IMG/VR virus record: IMGVR_UViG_3300048597_000634
Coordinates: 1-64,000 of that record
Direction: 5' to 3' (one strand)
DNA: 64,000 bases
Shown: positions 55,641 to 64,000 of the stretch, piece by piece
Layout: each line of letters opens with the position of its first letter
Numbering within the stretch: the stretch's first letter is position 1
Program-made: the position numbers and the translations under genes
Notes under the pieces: generated by a model
What the model saw: only the letters and a program-made list of their open reading frames with translations
What the model was told of the DNA's origin: nothing
The model's database searches: none

Positions 55641-56807
55641 ATGTCGTATAACGGTTACACAACTCCCATGGAGAATCTAGAAGTATTCAGCCCGGCGCCT
55701 GCTGCAGAAGTAGTGGAGTCTAAGGGTAAAAAACTAATCAAAGTGCCCATCAGTCGGATTGGCTCTTGGGAACATCCTAAGTATGGTCAAGTAGTCGAAG
55801 ACCAAGACGACTTCAATCAAATCATTGATAACTGGAAGTCTGGGGTTTTAGGGTATGAGCCGCCGCTTTATTTAGGGCACCCTAATAACGTCTTTAGTTC
55901 TGGAGGTACGCCCGCAGTAGCCTTTTTAGATAACATTGTCCAAGAAGGCGAGGCCTTATTCGGGTTATATGACCCAGTCGATGAGCAAGCATTAAATGAC
56001 GTGGAGTCTGGCAAGTACCGGTATGCCAGTCCTGAGTTAGCCCGTAATGCGGTTAATAGGGAAAACGGAGAGCGCGTGGGGACTGTATTAGAGCGTCATG
56101 CTCTTACAAATGAACCATTTTTCACCAAATTACCTAGGGTAGAGGTAGTTGAAGTAGAGGCATTTACGCAACCTACGGAAACAGTGCGTTTTGTATTCAC
56201 CCAACAATCCACTATATCTAAAGAAGAAGAAGTATTTTCTCAACCAATTATGACCACGACGTCTACTACGCCTACTACGCCGGCGGCCGAGCAAAGCCTC
56301 ACTACAGCCCCGACCACCAATACTGAAGTCAACGAGCAAGGTCCTGCCCAAGCGTTTAGTGGCGCTGTAGCCGACCCTGCCATTGTCGAAACCCTCAAGG
56401 AAGAGAACCAAGTTCTCCGCCAAGAGTTGGCCGACCGTGACCGTAAGTATTCTGAATTACTGCAGAAGTTCTCTAACTTAGAGACTACTCTTAACGAGCA
56501 CACTGAAACCTTCCGTCGTCAAGAAGTCAACGATAAGCTGCAACGGCTAAACCAACTCAACATTTCTGCTGAGACTAAGGAGCTCTATACCAATAAGCTG
56601 AATGCTGGTATGTCTCCTGAAGCAGAAGAAATGATGTGGTTGTTTTTAGACCAGCTGTCTACCTCTGAAGCCCATAAGTTCACCAACGTAAATGGCGCTC
56701 CCGCTGCTAAAGCTACCACGGTAGAAATGACTCCTTACCTGAGCACCCTTGAGCGTCTTAAGACCCGTGCTTCTGAGTTAGGAAGAGAATTTAATCTCCC
56801 TGTTTAG
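55641..56807 (+). CDS. Prohead protease/scaffold (Mu gpI-like)
   Basis: IGSWEHPKYG, LYLGHP, YRYASPEL and ALTNEPFF motifs, followed by a low-complexity linker and coiled-coil scaffold-like region. Confidence 0.85.
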   Translation: MSYNGYTTPMENLEVFSPAPAAEVVESKGKKLIKVPISRIGSWEHPKYGQVVEDQDDFNQIIDNWKSGVLGYEPPLYLGHPNNVFSSGGTPAVAFLDNIVQEGEALFGLYDPVDEQALNDVESGKYRYASPELARNAVNRENGERVGTVLERHALTNEPFFTKLPRVEVVEVEAFTQPTETVRFVFTQQSTISKEEEVFSQPIMTTTSTTPTTPAAEQSLTTAPTTNTEVNEQGPAQAFSGAVADPAIVETLKEENQVLRQELADRDRKYSELLQKFSNLETTLNEHTETFRRQEVNDKLQRLNQLNISAETKELYTNKLNAGMSPEAEEMMWLFLDQLSTSEAHKFTNVNGAPAAKATTVEMTPYLSTLERLKTRASELGREFNLPV

Positions 56808-56846
56808 TAGCTAATCCCTATCCTTTCTTCCTAATCAGTTAAAGCA

Positions 56847-58142
56847 ATGCCAGTTCAAGAGTTTCATCCCGAAATTACAGATTACAGTTACGTTGGCGAC
56901 TTACACTCCCTTGGCAGTCTCCAGCTAACTATGCTAGCGCGGGGCTTTGACATTGTAGAGCAGGGTCAATTCGATGACCTATTCCCTTCTACGATGATCA
57001 ACGAGCGCACTATCGTTATCGAGCAAATCGTCGAAGGGTTGGGTATTATGCCCATCGTTCGGTTCGGCGTTCCCGGCGGCGGCTTTGTAGAAGACGACCG
57101 GATTCAACGTCGGTTGATTACTCCCGTAGTAGTCCGTGAAGAAGACTTCATTGAGCAGTCCTTCATCAACCAACTGCGCGAGCCCGGCACGATGAACTCC
57201 CAGTGGAGTCCTCAGCAAATCATCGAACGTCGTATTCAGAAGCTTGTTAACCGTCACCGTCGTACCGTTGACTTATTCCGAGCCAAGATTCTCTTAGGCG
57301 GCGTAAGCTACACCGACCCCCGGACTAACTACTCTATTGACGTTAGCACTCAGATTCCCGCTCACAACTTCTTCTCTTATAAGGGCTTCAGCGCAGACAT
57401 TGCCGCTAACGCTTTATTCCATGGTTACTCCGCTAACCAAGCTATGACCAACGATAAAGGTCGCCCTGAGGCGTTCTTATTCCGGTCTACTGATGAGCGC
57501 TTTGGTGTGCCTTGGACTGATGACCGGGCAGACATTGCTTACACCATCCGTCAGTTGAAGCAGTGGTTGCTGAACACCAACAAGAATATGGTGACTGAGA
57601 TCATCATGCACTCCGACTTGTTGACCATTCTCCAAGAGAACAACCTCATCAAGTCTTACATGGGCATTCCTGCCGCTCTGTTTATGCATAATGGTAGTGC
57701 TGACTTTGCTACTGCTAACCAACAGCCTCCTAGCTCCTTTGTGACCCTAGGTCCTGGTGGTGACTTGTATTCTATTGGCGGTCTACGTATTCGGGTAGTA
57801 AACGGTCTATACCGTGACCCCGTAGATAATCAGATTAAGCACTGGTGGCCTGCTCACAAAGTTGCTTTGGTGGCTGCTCAGCACATGAATGATCCTAATG
57901 CGAAGTTGGGCATGACCCAACATTGTGTGGGTGAAGCTGAAGATGGTAGCCCCGGCGTTTATGTACGGATGAGTGGTAGCCAAGAGCCCCCCGCACCTCC
58001 GGGACGGGTAATGCAAATGGGTGACGCGTTCTTACCGTTTGCTATTTACCCTGAGTGGATCAGCATCTTGGATGTTTGCGAGCCTGATGATATCCGCGCT
58101 AATCAGATTCTGCAATCTGACCTCGGCTTCGGCACCTTCTAG
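56847..58142 (+). CDS. Major capsid protein (lambda gpE-like family)
   Basis: Position after the protease; DLFPS...TIVIEQIVEGLGIMPIVRFG...G N-terminal pattern; strongly biased codon usage. Confidence 0.8.
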   Translation: MPVQEFHPEITDYSYVGDLHSLGSLQLTMLARGFDIVEQGQFDDLFPSTMINERTIVIEQIVEGLGIMPIVRFGVPGGGFVEDDRIQRRLITPVVVREEDFIEQSFINQLREPGTMNSQWSPQQIIERRIQKLVNRHRRTVDLFRAKILLGGVSYTDPRTNYSIDVSTQIPAHNFFSYKGFSADIAANALFHGYSANQAMTNDKGRPEAFLFRSTDERFGVPWTDDRADIAYTIRQLKQWLLNTNKNMVTEIIMHSDLLTILQENNLIKSYMGIPAALFMHNGSADFATANQQPPSSFVTLGPGGDLYSIGGLRIRVVNGLYRDPVDNQIKHWWPAHKVALVAAQHMNDPNAKLGMTQHCVGEAEDGSPGVYVRMSGSQEPPAPPGRVMQMGDAFLPFAIYPEWISILDVCEPDDIRANQILQSDLGFGTF

Positions 58143-58187
58143 ACTCGTTCTCTTATTCCTATTCCTTCGACTAATTGATAATTAACC

Positions 58188-59237
58188 ATGCCTACTATTC
58201 CACTCAATGGCACGCCCGGCTACCGCTTCCTATGGCAGTTATGGCCCTCTGGTCGGACCGGCGGTCTCAGCTACTACTCTCAGTACACTGAGGTTCTCTC
58301 TGGTTTAGGTCTTAGCTGGACTAAACCCGCAGCCGCTGGTCCTGTTGAAACTCCCAGCTACAACGTTAGCGTTGCCGCTGGTAAGGCTTACTTAGACGGT
58401 GAGCTTGCAGTATTGCCCGCTGGCGTTACTGTCGCTGTAGCTCCTCTGTCTGTTATGCCTCCTGTTAACGGCATCAACGACTACTACATCTACTTGAATC
58501 CCACTCGGGTGCTCCAACCTGTACCTCGTGGTGATGCAGCTCCTACTACTTACCTGAACGGCGCAGCCGTTGGTAAAGGGGCTCAATACGCTGAGTGCAT
58601 CGACTTTGGTGATTACCTCAGTGCTACCAAGTTCTATGAGTATGACGGTGCCGCTTGGGAAGAGTTTAACCCTATCTTCAGTGCTCCTTCTTTGCCCGCC
58701 CAGAAAGGTCGTAATCGTAGCTTTGGCAACGATATGCTGCCCACTGTGGCCGCTACCAACTTTACTGTTGGTGCTCTAGAAAAACGGGTATATATTGAGC
58801 CCAATTACCCCCCTTATACTAACTCCAGCTCTAAAGCCCTTTTGCGCGGCGGCGCCTCCCTTGAGTTAGGTCGCTTAAGCCTCTACTACTACACCTTGCC
58901 TTTGAGCATTGTAGCTACTGGGGTTGATGAGACTGACACTCTGACTGTTGATGATGATACCGCTGCTGTGTTGGCTGATATGGTCACTGCTGCTGGTAGT
59001 GTCAGCAACTTGGCCGTCAAGTTGACATTCACGTCTGCTGTGTTTGCCGGCAGTCCTAATACCGTGTCTAGTAACGTTACTGCAATCTCCGGCAATACCA
59101 TCACGGTAGCTGCTGATTTGACTGAGAACCTGACTGACGCTGTATTGGTTATCGAACCTCAGAATGCTGGGCGGTTTTACCTGCTAGACCGCAATAAGAG
59201 CGACCTACTTGATGTTAACGGTGTATTAGCTGTCTAA
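58188..59237 (+). CDS. Putative virion structural/decoration protein (349 aa)
   Basis: VSVAAGKAYLDG beta-motif; follows the capsid gene. Confidence 0.5.
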   Translation: MPTIPLNGTPGYRFLWQLWPSGRTGGLSYYSQYTEVLSGLGLSWTKPAAAGPVETPSYNVSVAAGKAYLDGELAVLPAGVTVAVAPLSVMPPVNGINDYYIYLNPTRVLQPVPRGDAAPTTYLNGAAVGKGAQYAECIDFGDYLSATKFYEYDGAAWEEFNPIFSAPSLPAQKGRNRSFGNDMLPTVAATNFTVGALEKRVYIEPNYPPYTNSSSKALLRGGASLELGRLSLYYYTLPLSIVATGVDETDTLTVDDDTAAVLADMVTAAGSVSNLAVKLTFTSAVFAGSPNTVSSNVTAISGNTITVAADLTENLTDAVLVIEPQNAGRFYLLDRNKSDLLDVNGVLAV

Positions 59238-59326
59238 GCTGATACTTTAGAATAACCTTGGGAGTTTGCCCAGCTCTATTTAATAGGGCTGGGCATTCTT
59301 CTTAGCCACCAACTTAGAAAAACATT

Positions 59327-59935
59327 ATGGCGTATCGATTAATCGTGACGGCCCCAACTAAAGTCACTGTAGGGGGCAAGACTTACCAATTCACCAATGA
59401 ACACGTGGGGGAATCTCTATTGTTACCTGATAATGAAGCCCGGGCTATTTTAGGCTCTGAAGCCGGCGGCAATTTCCGCTTAGTATCTTCTGCTGCTCAA
59501 GGCACTCCTTTAACCATCCATAAACGGAATATTAGTCCGGTCGTTAAGCCTAAAGTAAACGTACCTAAACTGACTAAGCATGCTGAATGGGCTACCCCTT
59601 ATGCCCCAGGCACCGTAGCTGACCCTAACTCTCAGTATTCTGCTCCTGTCGTAGAGGAAGTAGAAGCACCTGAGCCTAAGGTAGAAGCAAAGTCTGTTGA
59701 AGAAACTACGGCTACTGCTATTACTGAGCCTGAACCGGTAGAACTCATTGCCGGGCTAGACCCTAAGGCTCATTGGTCTAAGGTCCGTTCTCGGGTGCTT
59801 GAGCTAGAAGATGAGAGTCCTATCGACTATGATGCCATTCGTGCCATCAAAGAAGGGTTTTCTACTATGCAAGCTGTAGTCCGTGAATGTGACCGGGTGC
59901 TTGAATTTGAAGCTACCGAGCCTACCGCCGAATAA
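59327..59935 (+). CDS. Hypothetical head-region protein (202 aa)
   Basis: ORF track. Confidence 0.6.
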   Translation: MAYRLIVTAPTKVTVGGKTYQFTNEHVGESLLLPDNEARAILGSEAGGNFRLVSSAAQGTPLTIHKRNISPVVKPKVNVPKLTKHAEWATPYAPGTVADPNSQYSAPVVEEVEAPEPKVEAKSVEETTATAITEPEPVELIAGLDPKAHWSKVRSRVLELEDESPIDYDAIRAIKEGFSTMQAVVRECDRVLEFEATEPTAE

Positions 59936-59959
59936 TCTATACAATAGCCAGACTCGATT

Positions 59960-61678
59960 ATGAGCACCAACTACTCCTTTGGAAATAGATTCAGTTACCC
60001 TGAGGCAGATGGTGTCGGGTCTGGCATTACTTCTGCTACCGCCCAAGAATTAGAAGATGCAGATTTAGAAGCAGTCTCCCCTGAGTTGGCTACTATGGCT
60101 CAGATGGTTAGAGACTACTCAGTATTGTTGGCTAGAACTCGTACCCTAGAAATATTCAACGTTATCACTAAGCAGTCTGACCCGAAGATTGCTTTGAAGT
60201 TAGCCGGCGCAAAGGATAAGAACACGAATAATAACGTTTTCTCAGGGTTAGATGAAATCCAAACGTTGATGTTTGGCGACCCTAGCCGTGCTGCCGGGGC
60301 TATCAACCAGAACAAGTTGAATATGACTTTGTTCTCTGACGGTATCCGCCGTGCGAGTGCCGCCCTAACCGCCGCCACATTATTAGCTAAGTTGCCCGAA
60401 GTACAACGGGAATATGCCGCTGAATTAAGGGCAGACGCCATTGCCGATATAGACCGCATTGTAGTCACTTATCTACGGTCTGAGGCAGCTACAGGCGGTG
60501 GCTCTACAGCTAAGGATGAAGATAAACCGCCTGTTGCGTTTTACTTTGTGCCAGCAGACTTTGAATTACCCAATGACCAAGAACTGGTATTGGAATGGTA
60601 TTGCCCTTCGTTTACTACTGCTTGGTCCGTTGTTCAAACTTATCGTGGCAGTGTCTCCACATGGCACTTGGTGTCTGACTTAGCTGACTGCATTAACCAA
60701 TACACAATACAGAGTGTGGACGGCGCTCTATTGGCTATTGCTGAGTTAGGTGGTAGGGATGTTGTTAACGAAGGTAAGTGCCACGCCTTATCGTTCTATC
60801 CTCGCCGTCCGATTAATGGTGTTGTAGGGCATTCTATTAACGTAAGGATTCAGACTAAGCCCATAGCCACCCCTGATACTGAACAGTTAGTCATAGGGGC
60901 CGTTAAGACTAACCCTGGGGCTTCGGTATATGGTAAACCACCCTTCCGCTGGGGCACTGTCCCCGAGTCATTACAGGACTACCCGGTTAATGGATCTATA
61001 ATCATCCTTTACTTTAACCGTGCGTCTTCGCTTAACGCTAGACAGTTAAATGAGGCTTACACACCTATTGTCTTGTACTTCCGTAATAAAAAGGTGTACG
61101 AAGAGGGTGATGCTGCCCCACCCCAAATGACTGAGTTTGCCTATAGGTTACAGCCTTGGCAGCCACATTTGTCTGAGGTAGATGAAGAGCCTGTGCTAAT
61201 AGAAGAAACCTTTGACCGGATAATGGACGGCACCGGCGACCCTGCGGAGCAGCTAAACCTAGATAACTCTAGATTTTCTCAGGTGGCACTACAACTATTA
61301 GAAGGGCTAGCCCGCATCAACTTAAAGACTAAAGCGACGGGCGCTATTATTCGCAATGACCCAACAGAAGTAGCCCAACCTATGTCTGCTGTAGAGTTAG
61401 TGGGATGGTCTTTGACTAAGAGCATGTCCCATATCACTATGGACATCATCAAAGTGCCCCCGGATATTGAAATAGCCACTGGGGATTATGTTGGTCCTAG
61501 GACGCCATTTAGCAGCAAACCTAGAAGCCTAGTCATATCTGTTAAGAACCGTAGTTACTTCCAAGAGTTAGGGGCTATGGCAGCTAATGAAACCGTTAAG
61601 TTAGTTAGCCGTAAGCCTAATAACTTATGGCGGGCTATTGTCGATGAGCATGAATCTGTACAGGACTTTAGGCGTTAA
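59960..61678 (+). CDS. Putative neck/head-tail adaptor with long C-terminal extension (572 aa)
   Basis: ASAALTAATLLAKL...EYAAELRADAIADIDRI resembles Mu gp36/DUF1320 helices; position fits. Confidence 0.4.
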   Translation: MSTNYSFGNRFSYPEADGVGSGITSATAQELEDADLEAVSPELATMAQMVRDYSVLLARTRTLEIFNVITKQSDPKIALKLAGAKDKNTNNNVFSGLDEIQTLMFGDPSRAAGAINQNKLNMTLFSDGIRRASAALTAATLLAKLPEVQREYAAELRADAIADIDRIVVTYLRSEAATGGGSTAKDEDKPPVAFYFVPADFELPNDQELVLEWYCPSFTTAWSVVQTYRGSVSTWHLVSDLADCINQYTIQSVDGALLAIAELGGRDVVNEGKCHALSFYPRRPINGVVGHSINVRIQTKPIATPDTEQLVIGAVKTNPGASVYGKPPFRWGTVPESLQDYPVNGSIIILYFNRASSLNARQLNEAYTPIVLYFRNKKVYEEGDAAPPQMTEFAYRLQPWQPHLSEVDEEPVLIEETFDRIMDGTGDPAEQLNLDNSRFSQVALQLLEGLARINLKTKATGAIIRNDPTEVAQPMSAVELVGWSLTKSMSHITMDIIKVPPDIEIATGDYVGPRTPFSSKPRSLVISVKNRSYFQELGAMAANETVKLVSRKPNNLWRAIVDEHESVQDFRR

Positions 61679-61680
61679 CC

Positions 61681-62523
61681 ATGGGCCATCCAAGAATTAA
61701 GGCTTTATACCCTACTGAGGGGCAAATAGTTAGGGCACTTATAAACGCTATAGCTAACCACAGGGACGTAGCTAACGCTGATGTTTATTATCCGTATGTG
61801 ACTGGTGACCGGAACATAGTTCGTAAGGTGCCGCTGGCTTCTTATCGTACCTTTGCCGGCACTGAATATATTGAGGACGGGCTGACCTTATCTGTATACT
61901 TGCCAGGCACTAATCAAGGATTAGGTCGGGCTATAACCTATGAAAATCATCATTTAGGTAATGCTTCGATGCAAGAGTGGTCTGTTAAGGCTACTGTCCG
62001 GTTAGTCGTTCACTTATATTATCGGGAGGCTAGCTATAACGCCCCTACTATTATCTATTCAGAGCAGTCTAGCCCAATTAACGATATAGTTAACGCGCTG
62101 CCCCATGGTCGGATGTTGCAGTATAAAGAAGGTTTTGACCAACCAGTTGATTTACCTGGAGATACTTTACAAGAGCATTTGCCGGAGACTCATTTTGTAG
62201 GGCAGAAGATGTTACAGGTTAATATTCTGCCTGGTGAGGAGATATTAAGGAATTGGATGGCCATATTGCGCGGCGTCATTAGGGATATTAACGTGCTGAA
62301 GCCATTTACGGTTAGGAATCCTACTATCCAGTCTGTTAATTATGAGACGCCTAACTGGGAAGGAAAGGACAAGATGAACTTAGTCTTTCATTCCGCGTTT
62401 ATGGTTGTTACTTACGACTTATATGAACCGCCCCGTGCCCAGGACTATATTTTGCCCAAGCCCAACTTTGTGCTGCAGTCTGGTAACCCAGAAATAGACG
62501 ATGTGAGATCCTTTGTCTCATAA
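61681..62523 (+). CDS. Putative neck/tail-completion protein (280 aa)
   Basis: Position immediately before the sheath gene. Confidence 0.4.
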   Translation: MGHPRIKALYPTEGQIVRALINAIANHRDVANADVYYPYVTGDRNIVRKVPLASYRTFAGTEYIEDGLTLSVYLPGTNQGLGRAITYENHHLGNASMQEWSVKATVRLVVHLYYREASYNAPTIIYSEQSSPINDIVNALPHGRMLQYKEGFDQPVDLPGDTLQEHLPETHFVGQKMLQVNILPGEEILRNWMAILRGVIRDINVLKPFTVRNPTIQSVNYETPNWEGKDKMNLVFHSAFMVVTYDLYEPPRAQDYILPKPNFVLQSGNPEIDDVRSFVS

Positions 62524-62628
62524 GGGTTTTCGGCTAGCTACCACATAATTAGTCAAAATCAACTAATTGTATGAGTAGGGGCTGACGCCCTATGTAGTGT
62601 AATAAAAACATCACGCTAGTAGCACCTC

Positions 62629-64000
62629 ATGGCTGACTATACCTTTCCACATATTTCGTTTGATTCTCGAATCTTAGGGCCCGTTCCTTCTACTGCTCCC
62701 TGGCGTGATGGTTACGCAATCATCGGGGAGTTTAACCGCGGGCCCCTACGCCCCATTTCTTCCAAACAGCGTTCTGTATTAGCCTCTTTGTTCGGCGAAG
62801 ATAGCAGCTCTGGCTCCATTGCTCTTCAACAAGCGTTACAACAGGGCGCAGCTAATGCCACCGCTATTCGTGTCGTTCCTAGTACCCAGCCTGGATATCT
62901 ACGGTTCTACTTAGCCGGTGAAGATCCTAACGTGGTGCCCAAGACTGGTTTTGAGTCTGGTGTTAGCACCACTAACGTATTAGACGTATTCAACCGGACT
63001 ACTGGTTTCCGCCTGACCTTTGATTATATTGGCAGCCCTGTTAGTGCCGTTACTCATTATGGAGAGCTGCGTACTGAGACTGGACCTGTAACCCACCCTG
63101 ACTTTTTCGGTCGCGGTCAGTTCAACTTTAATGCTAAGTATATCCAGAAGGGTAACTTTGCTGAGCCAGTGGTTTACGAAGATGACGAGCAGACTTTAGA
63201 CTTGAGTGTTCGTAACTCAGCGCCTGGTGAATACCAAGTTGTTACTTACATCGAAGGGAATAACAGTTACGTCGAGCAGTTCTTAAACCCTGGTTTTTCT
63301 TTACTGTCCGAAGAAAACGGGCAGCAAGAAGGTTTGACTATCGCATCTGAGCCCTTCACTATTAATGAAGATACAGGGCTTAAAGGTATTGTAGTTACAG
63401 GTCATTTTAGCCCTACTACGACTATTAACGGTGTTGTAACCGGCACTTCTGGGCTGCGGGAAATCACCTTCGACGCTACTCTTGGTGCGTTGGGTGCCGG
63501 TTGGGAGCCTACTGCTGAACAACTGACTATTTTAGAAGATGCCGCGCTATTAGTTAACGAAACTGTTTATCTAATTGACAGCGCCGATGCTACTGATGAT
63601 ACGGTAACTCTGCAAATAGGCAGTAATCTAAGCTCTACTGTAGAGGCTGGTTCTCGGGTGACCTTGGCCCCCCGTGTAGGTAGTATTACCCCCGGCAGCA
63701 CCACTTCTACTTTGACTATTAAAGGTCTGCCTGATGCTGCCATTGCGGTGGGTACTAAATTGACCTTTGGTCACTCTAAAGAGACTTTTGTTGTTGATGC
63801 AATCACCACCCCCTATGCACCCTTAACTGGACTAGTTACGGTAACCGTGACTGGTAATATCGCTAATAAGACCAAGGTCGGCGATTATATCGTTCTCACT
63901 GCCCCTAATACCGCTGCTGTAGAGAAAGCCTTCCGGGTTCACTTCCCTGCTAAAAGTAAGATTCTGGTATCTTACGCTTACGTACAGACTGATACCTTCG
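62629..64000 (+). CDS. Contractile tail sheath protein, N-terminal part (runs off the window end)
   Basis: Absent from the ORF track; translated by hand from ATG 62629: MADYTFPHISF...AIIGEFNRGP...SLFGE...ALQQGAANATAIRV, matching the sheath N-terminal pattern G.F..GP...FG...a.vRV. Confidence 0.8.
   Translation, partial: MADYTFPHISFDSRILGPVPSTAPWRDGYAIIGEFNRGPLRPISSKQRSVLASLFGEDSSSGSIALQQALQQGAANATAIRVVPSTQPGYLRFYLAGEDPNVVPKTGFESGVSTTNVLDVFNRTTGFRLTFDYIGSPVSAVTHYGELRTETGPVTHPDFFGRGQFNFNAKYIQKGNFAEPVVYEDDEQTLDLSVRNSAPGEYQVVTYIEGNNSYVEQFLNPGFSLLSEENGQQEGLTIASEPFTINEDTGLKGIVVTGHFSPTTTINGVVTGTSGLREITFDATLGALGAGWEPTAEQLTILEDAALLVNETVYLIDSADATDDTVTLQIGSNLSSTVEAGSRVTLAPRVGSITPGSTTSTLTIKGLPDAAIAVGTKLTFGHSKETFVVDAITTPYAPLTGLVTVTVTGNIANKTKVGDYIVLTAPNTAAVEKAFRVHFPAKSKILVSYAYVQTDTF

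Noticed and set aside
1-64000. Integrase, terminase, photosynthesis AMGs or rRNA genes
   Set aside because: No recognisable motifs for these in this window; lifestyle (temperate or lytic) cannot be assigned.

Overview
The window is part of a large contractile-tailed (myovirus-like) phage genome, probably from a cyanobacterial host. The host inference rests on a cyanobacterial-type sigma-70 gene at 1-819 and on cyanobacterial-style TnpB, KilA-like and GIY-YIG genes. 1-29.8 kb is a leftward (- strand) block of small accessory or early-type genes, many arranged as terminator / promoter-like motif / gene cassettes. It also holds a solo IS200/IS605 tnpB element, tRNA-like remnants and a 3186-aa gene. 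31.7-52.6 kb is a leftward tail-type block: a tail-assembly-chaperone-like gene with a lambda-type GGGAAAG -1 slippery site, then a 5341-aa gene in the tape-measure position. 52.8-64 kb is a rightward head block: portal, Mu-I-like protease/scaffold, major capsid, neck-like genes and the start of a tail sheath. Main discovery: by eye, both giant proteins carry the motif set of a complete single-chain two-barrel (double-psi beta-barrel) RNA polymerase, that is a beta-like basic motif, an R-x(1-3)-P motif and a DxDGD catalytic loop. The 3186-aa protein is fused to a C-terminal Pif1-like SF1B helicase. The 5341-aa protein has an N-terminal tandem HxK phospholipase-D/nuclease-like module. A repeated bipartite motif, ATGA-N5-AYAGCCG, sits just after terminators and before early-type genes and is a candidate promoter for one of these enzymes. 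All domain calls come from motif reading only; no database searches or folding programs were run.
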